A DNA stretch of 64,000 bases from a virus. Positions 62,842 to 64,000 of the stretch are shown here, piece by piece. Each line of letters starts with the position of its first letter. The first letter of the stretch is position 1. The notes beneath the pieces are model-generated. The model worked only from the letters and a program-made list of their open reading frames with translations. It was not told the origin of the DNA and did not search any database. The stretch covers positions 15,094 to 79,093 of IMG/VR virus record IMGVR_UViG_3300035703_000055, one strand, 5' to 3'. The translations under genes were made by a program, and so were the position numbers.

Positions 62842-63801
62842 TCAGTTCTTGTAGTCGAGCGAGATCGCCTTGAAGCTGTACGAGCTGTTGACGTCTCGGA
62901 ATACCAGGCCTTCACCCGGCGTCTTCTCGCCGTACTCGGCCGCGCTGGACATGTTGCGGATTGCGTCGTGACCAGGGAAGCCAGAGCCCGCGGCCACGAT
63001 AGATGCCATGGGGATCTCGAGACCCTGGCAGATGCCAACCAGTGCGCCGAAATGGGCGCGGCGACGCTCCGTGATGTTGTACAGCGTGAAGGCTGCGATC
63101 TCGAGCTCTGTCAGGCCCATTGGGTTGGCCTGGATGCCTGGGCCGACGACTTCAAACTGCAGAGCAAAGCCATGCGGCAGTCGCTCAAGGCCGAACTTGC
63201 GCGCGGCCTGCCAGTAGACGTTGCCGGCGCCGCTGGCCGTGAACTCCTTGAGCTCAAGGTTGCGACTGCAAACGTGCATGCCGTCGTCGTCATTCCAGAC
63301 CGTGCAGCTCGTGCCGTCGTACTTGAGGGTGGCCACCCAGTCAGAGCCGTGCATCAGCTCCTCCAGGCCTCGAACGCGCTGAAAATTCGGCTCATCGGTC
63401 TTGGGGATGAAGCTCGGGAAGTTGCCGCGCACGTCGCCGGCAATCGCGGCCGGGATGGGCTTTTCGTACTTGGTGACACCCAGGGCCTCAGTCATGTCGA
63501 TGCCGTCCAGCTGCAGGCCTTCTAGGCCATCTGCCTTGACGATCACGCACTCGCTGGGCACGCCCTTGAAGCGGGCCATGCGCACGCGCCATTTGTGGCG
63601 CTCCATGAAATCCCAGCGATCGCTTGGCTGGAGGATTGCATCCTGCAGAAACACGATGACGCGACTGAACAGGTTGATGTCTTTTCCGACCACCCCGGAC
63701 CAGGTGCCTTCGTCGCCGCAGCTGACGATGGCCTGGTGGATGCGGTCTGCGCCTTCGATTGCGTGAACAGCGGTCACTGTCCCGATTACTGCCAACTTCA
63801 T
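62842..63801 (-). CDS. ATP-dependent RNA ligase (Rnl2/DRB0094-like)
   Basis: IEGADRI N-domain; KYDGTS, FEVVGPGIQAN, EGLVFR, SFKAIS motifs. Confidence 0.9.
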   Translation of the reverse strand: MKLAVIGTVTAVHAIEGADRIHQAIVSCGDEGTWSGVVGKDINLFSRVIVFLQDAILQPSDRWDFMERHKWRVRMARFKGVPSECVIVKADGLEGLQLDGIDMTEALGVTKYEKPIPAAIAGDVRGNFPSFIPKTDEPNFQRVRGLEELMHGSDWVATLKYDGTSCTVWNDDDGMHVCSRNLELKEFTASGAGNVYWQAARKFGLERLPHGFALQFEVVGPGIQANPMGLTELEIAAFTLYNITERRRAHFGALVGICQGLEIPMASIVAAGSGFPGHDAIRNMSSAAEYGEKTPGEGLVFRDVNSSYSFKAISLDYKN

Positions 63802-63986
63802 TGTGGTGCTTTCTCAGCGGTCATTCGCTGCTTTAGTGCTTCCTGCATTCCCTGCAGGTCATAGGGGTTGATGGATTCGAACTCTTTGGCGGCGGCCCAG
63901 GCGTAGGCCTTCCACCCGGGCGCCCTGGCCAGTTGAACCAGGTGCTCCAGGATGGCTTCTGCATGGCTCAGCTTTTGTTCAGCCAT
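63798..63986 (-). CDS. Hypothetical protein
   Basis: 62 aa; ATGA overlap with the ligase gene. Confidence 0.55.
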   Translation of the reverse strand: MAEQKLSHAEAILEHLVQLARAPGWKAYAWAAAKEFESINPYDLQGMQEALKQRMTAEKAPQ

Positions 63987-64000
63987 GCTGTGCTTGCCCA

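Overview
The window is about 64 kb of a GC-rich (roughly 60% by eye) temperate tailed phage. It is probably a podovirus with an N4-gp56-type capsid, and a Burkholderiales/Comamonadaceae host is inferred from gene style. Layout: 1-9345 (-) is a dense run of small early genes with three conserved promoters. 9345-9633 is a divergent control region. 9633-53728 (+) holds a CAT-anticodon tRNA, phosphatase, terminase, portal, scaffold, major capsid, adaptor/tail/fibre genes, a lysis cassette, ejection proteins and two giant polyvalent proteins (2772 and 1900 aa). 53950-55577 has an apparently intact attP, a P4-type integrase and AlpA, so this is likely the non-integrated form. 55574-64000 (-) carries an HD alarmone-hydrolase-like gene, MazG-like gene, dNMP kinase, RdgC, SSB, RtcB and an ATP-dependent RNA ligase. 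No polymerase, primase, repressor, RT or CRISPR is visible, and the genome continues outside the window. Most unusual signals: (1) the polyvalent proteins are divided into effector modules by a nine-fold (I/L/M)RKSxDR linker downstream of an HExxH peptidase, with a protein-like ORF overprinted in the +1 frame right after a glycosylase-like module; (2) a ~390-nt nested, pseudoknotted RNA-like leader precedes the capsid gene; (3) a genome-wide CAACAAAWWGTTG palindrome sits beside -10 boxes; (4) an acidic Y-x-x-A-W-x-E tag is shared by the scaffold and two neighbours; (5) a 40-aa peptide resembles a ribonucleotide-reductase C-terminal tail; (6) two RNA ligases flank a structured intergenic element. 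All family assignments are from motif recognition by eye, not database searches.
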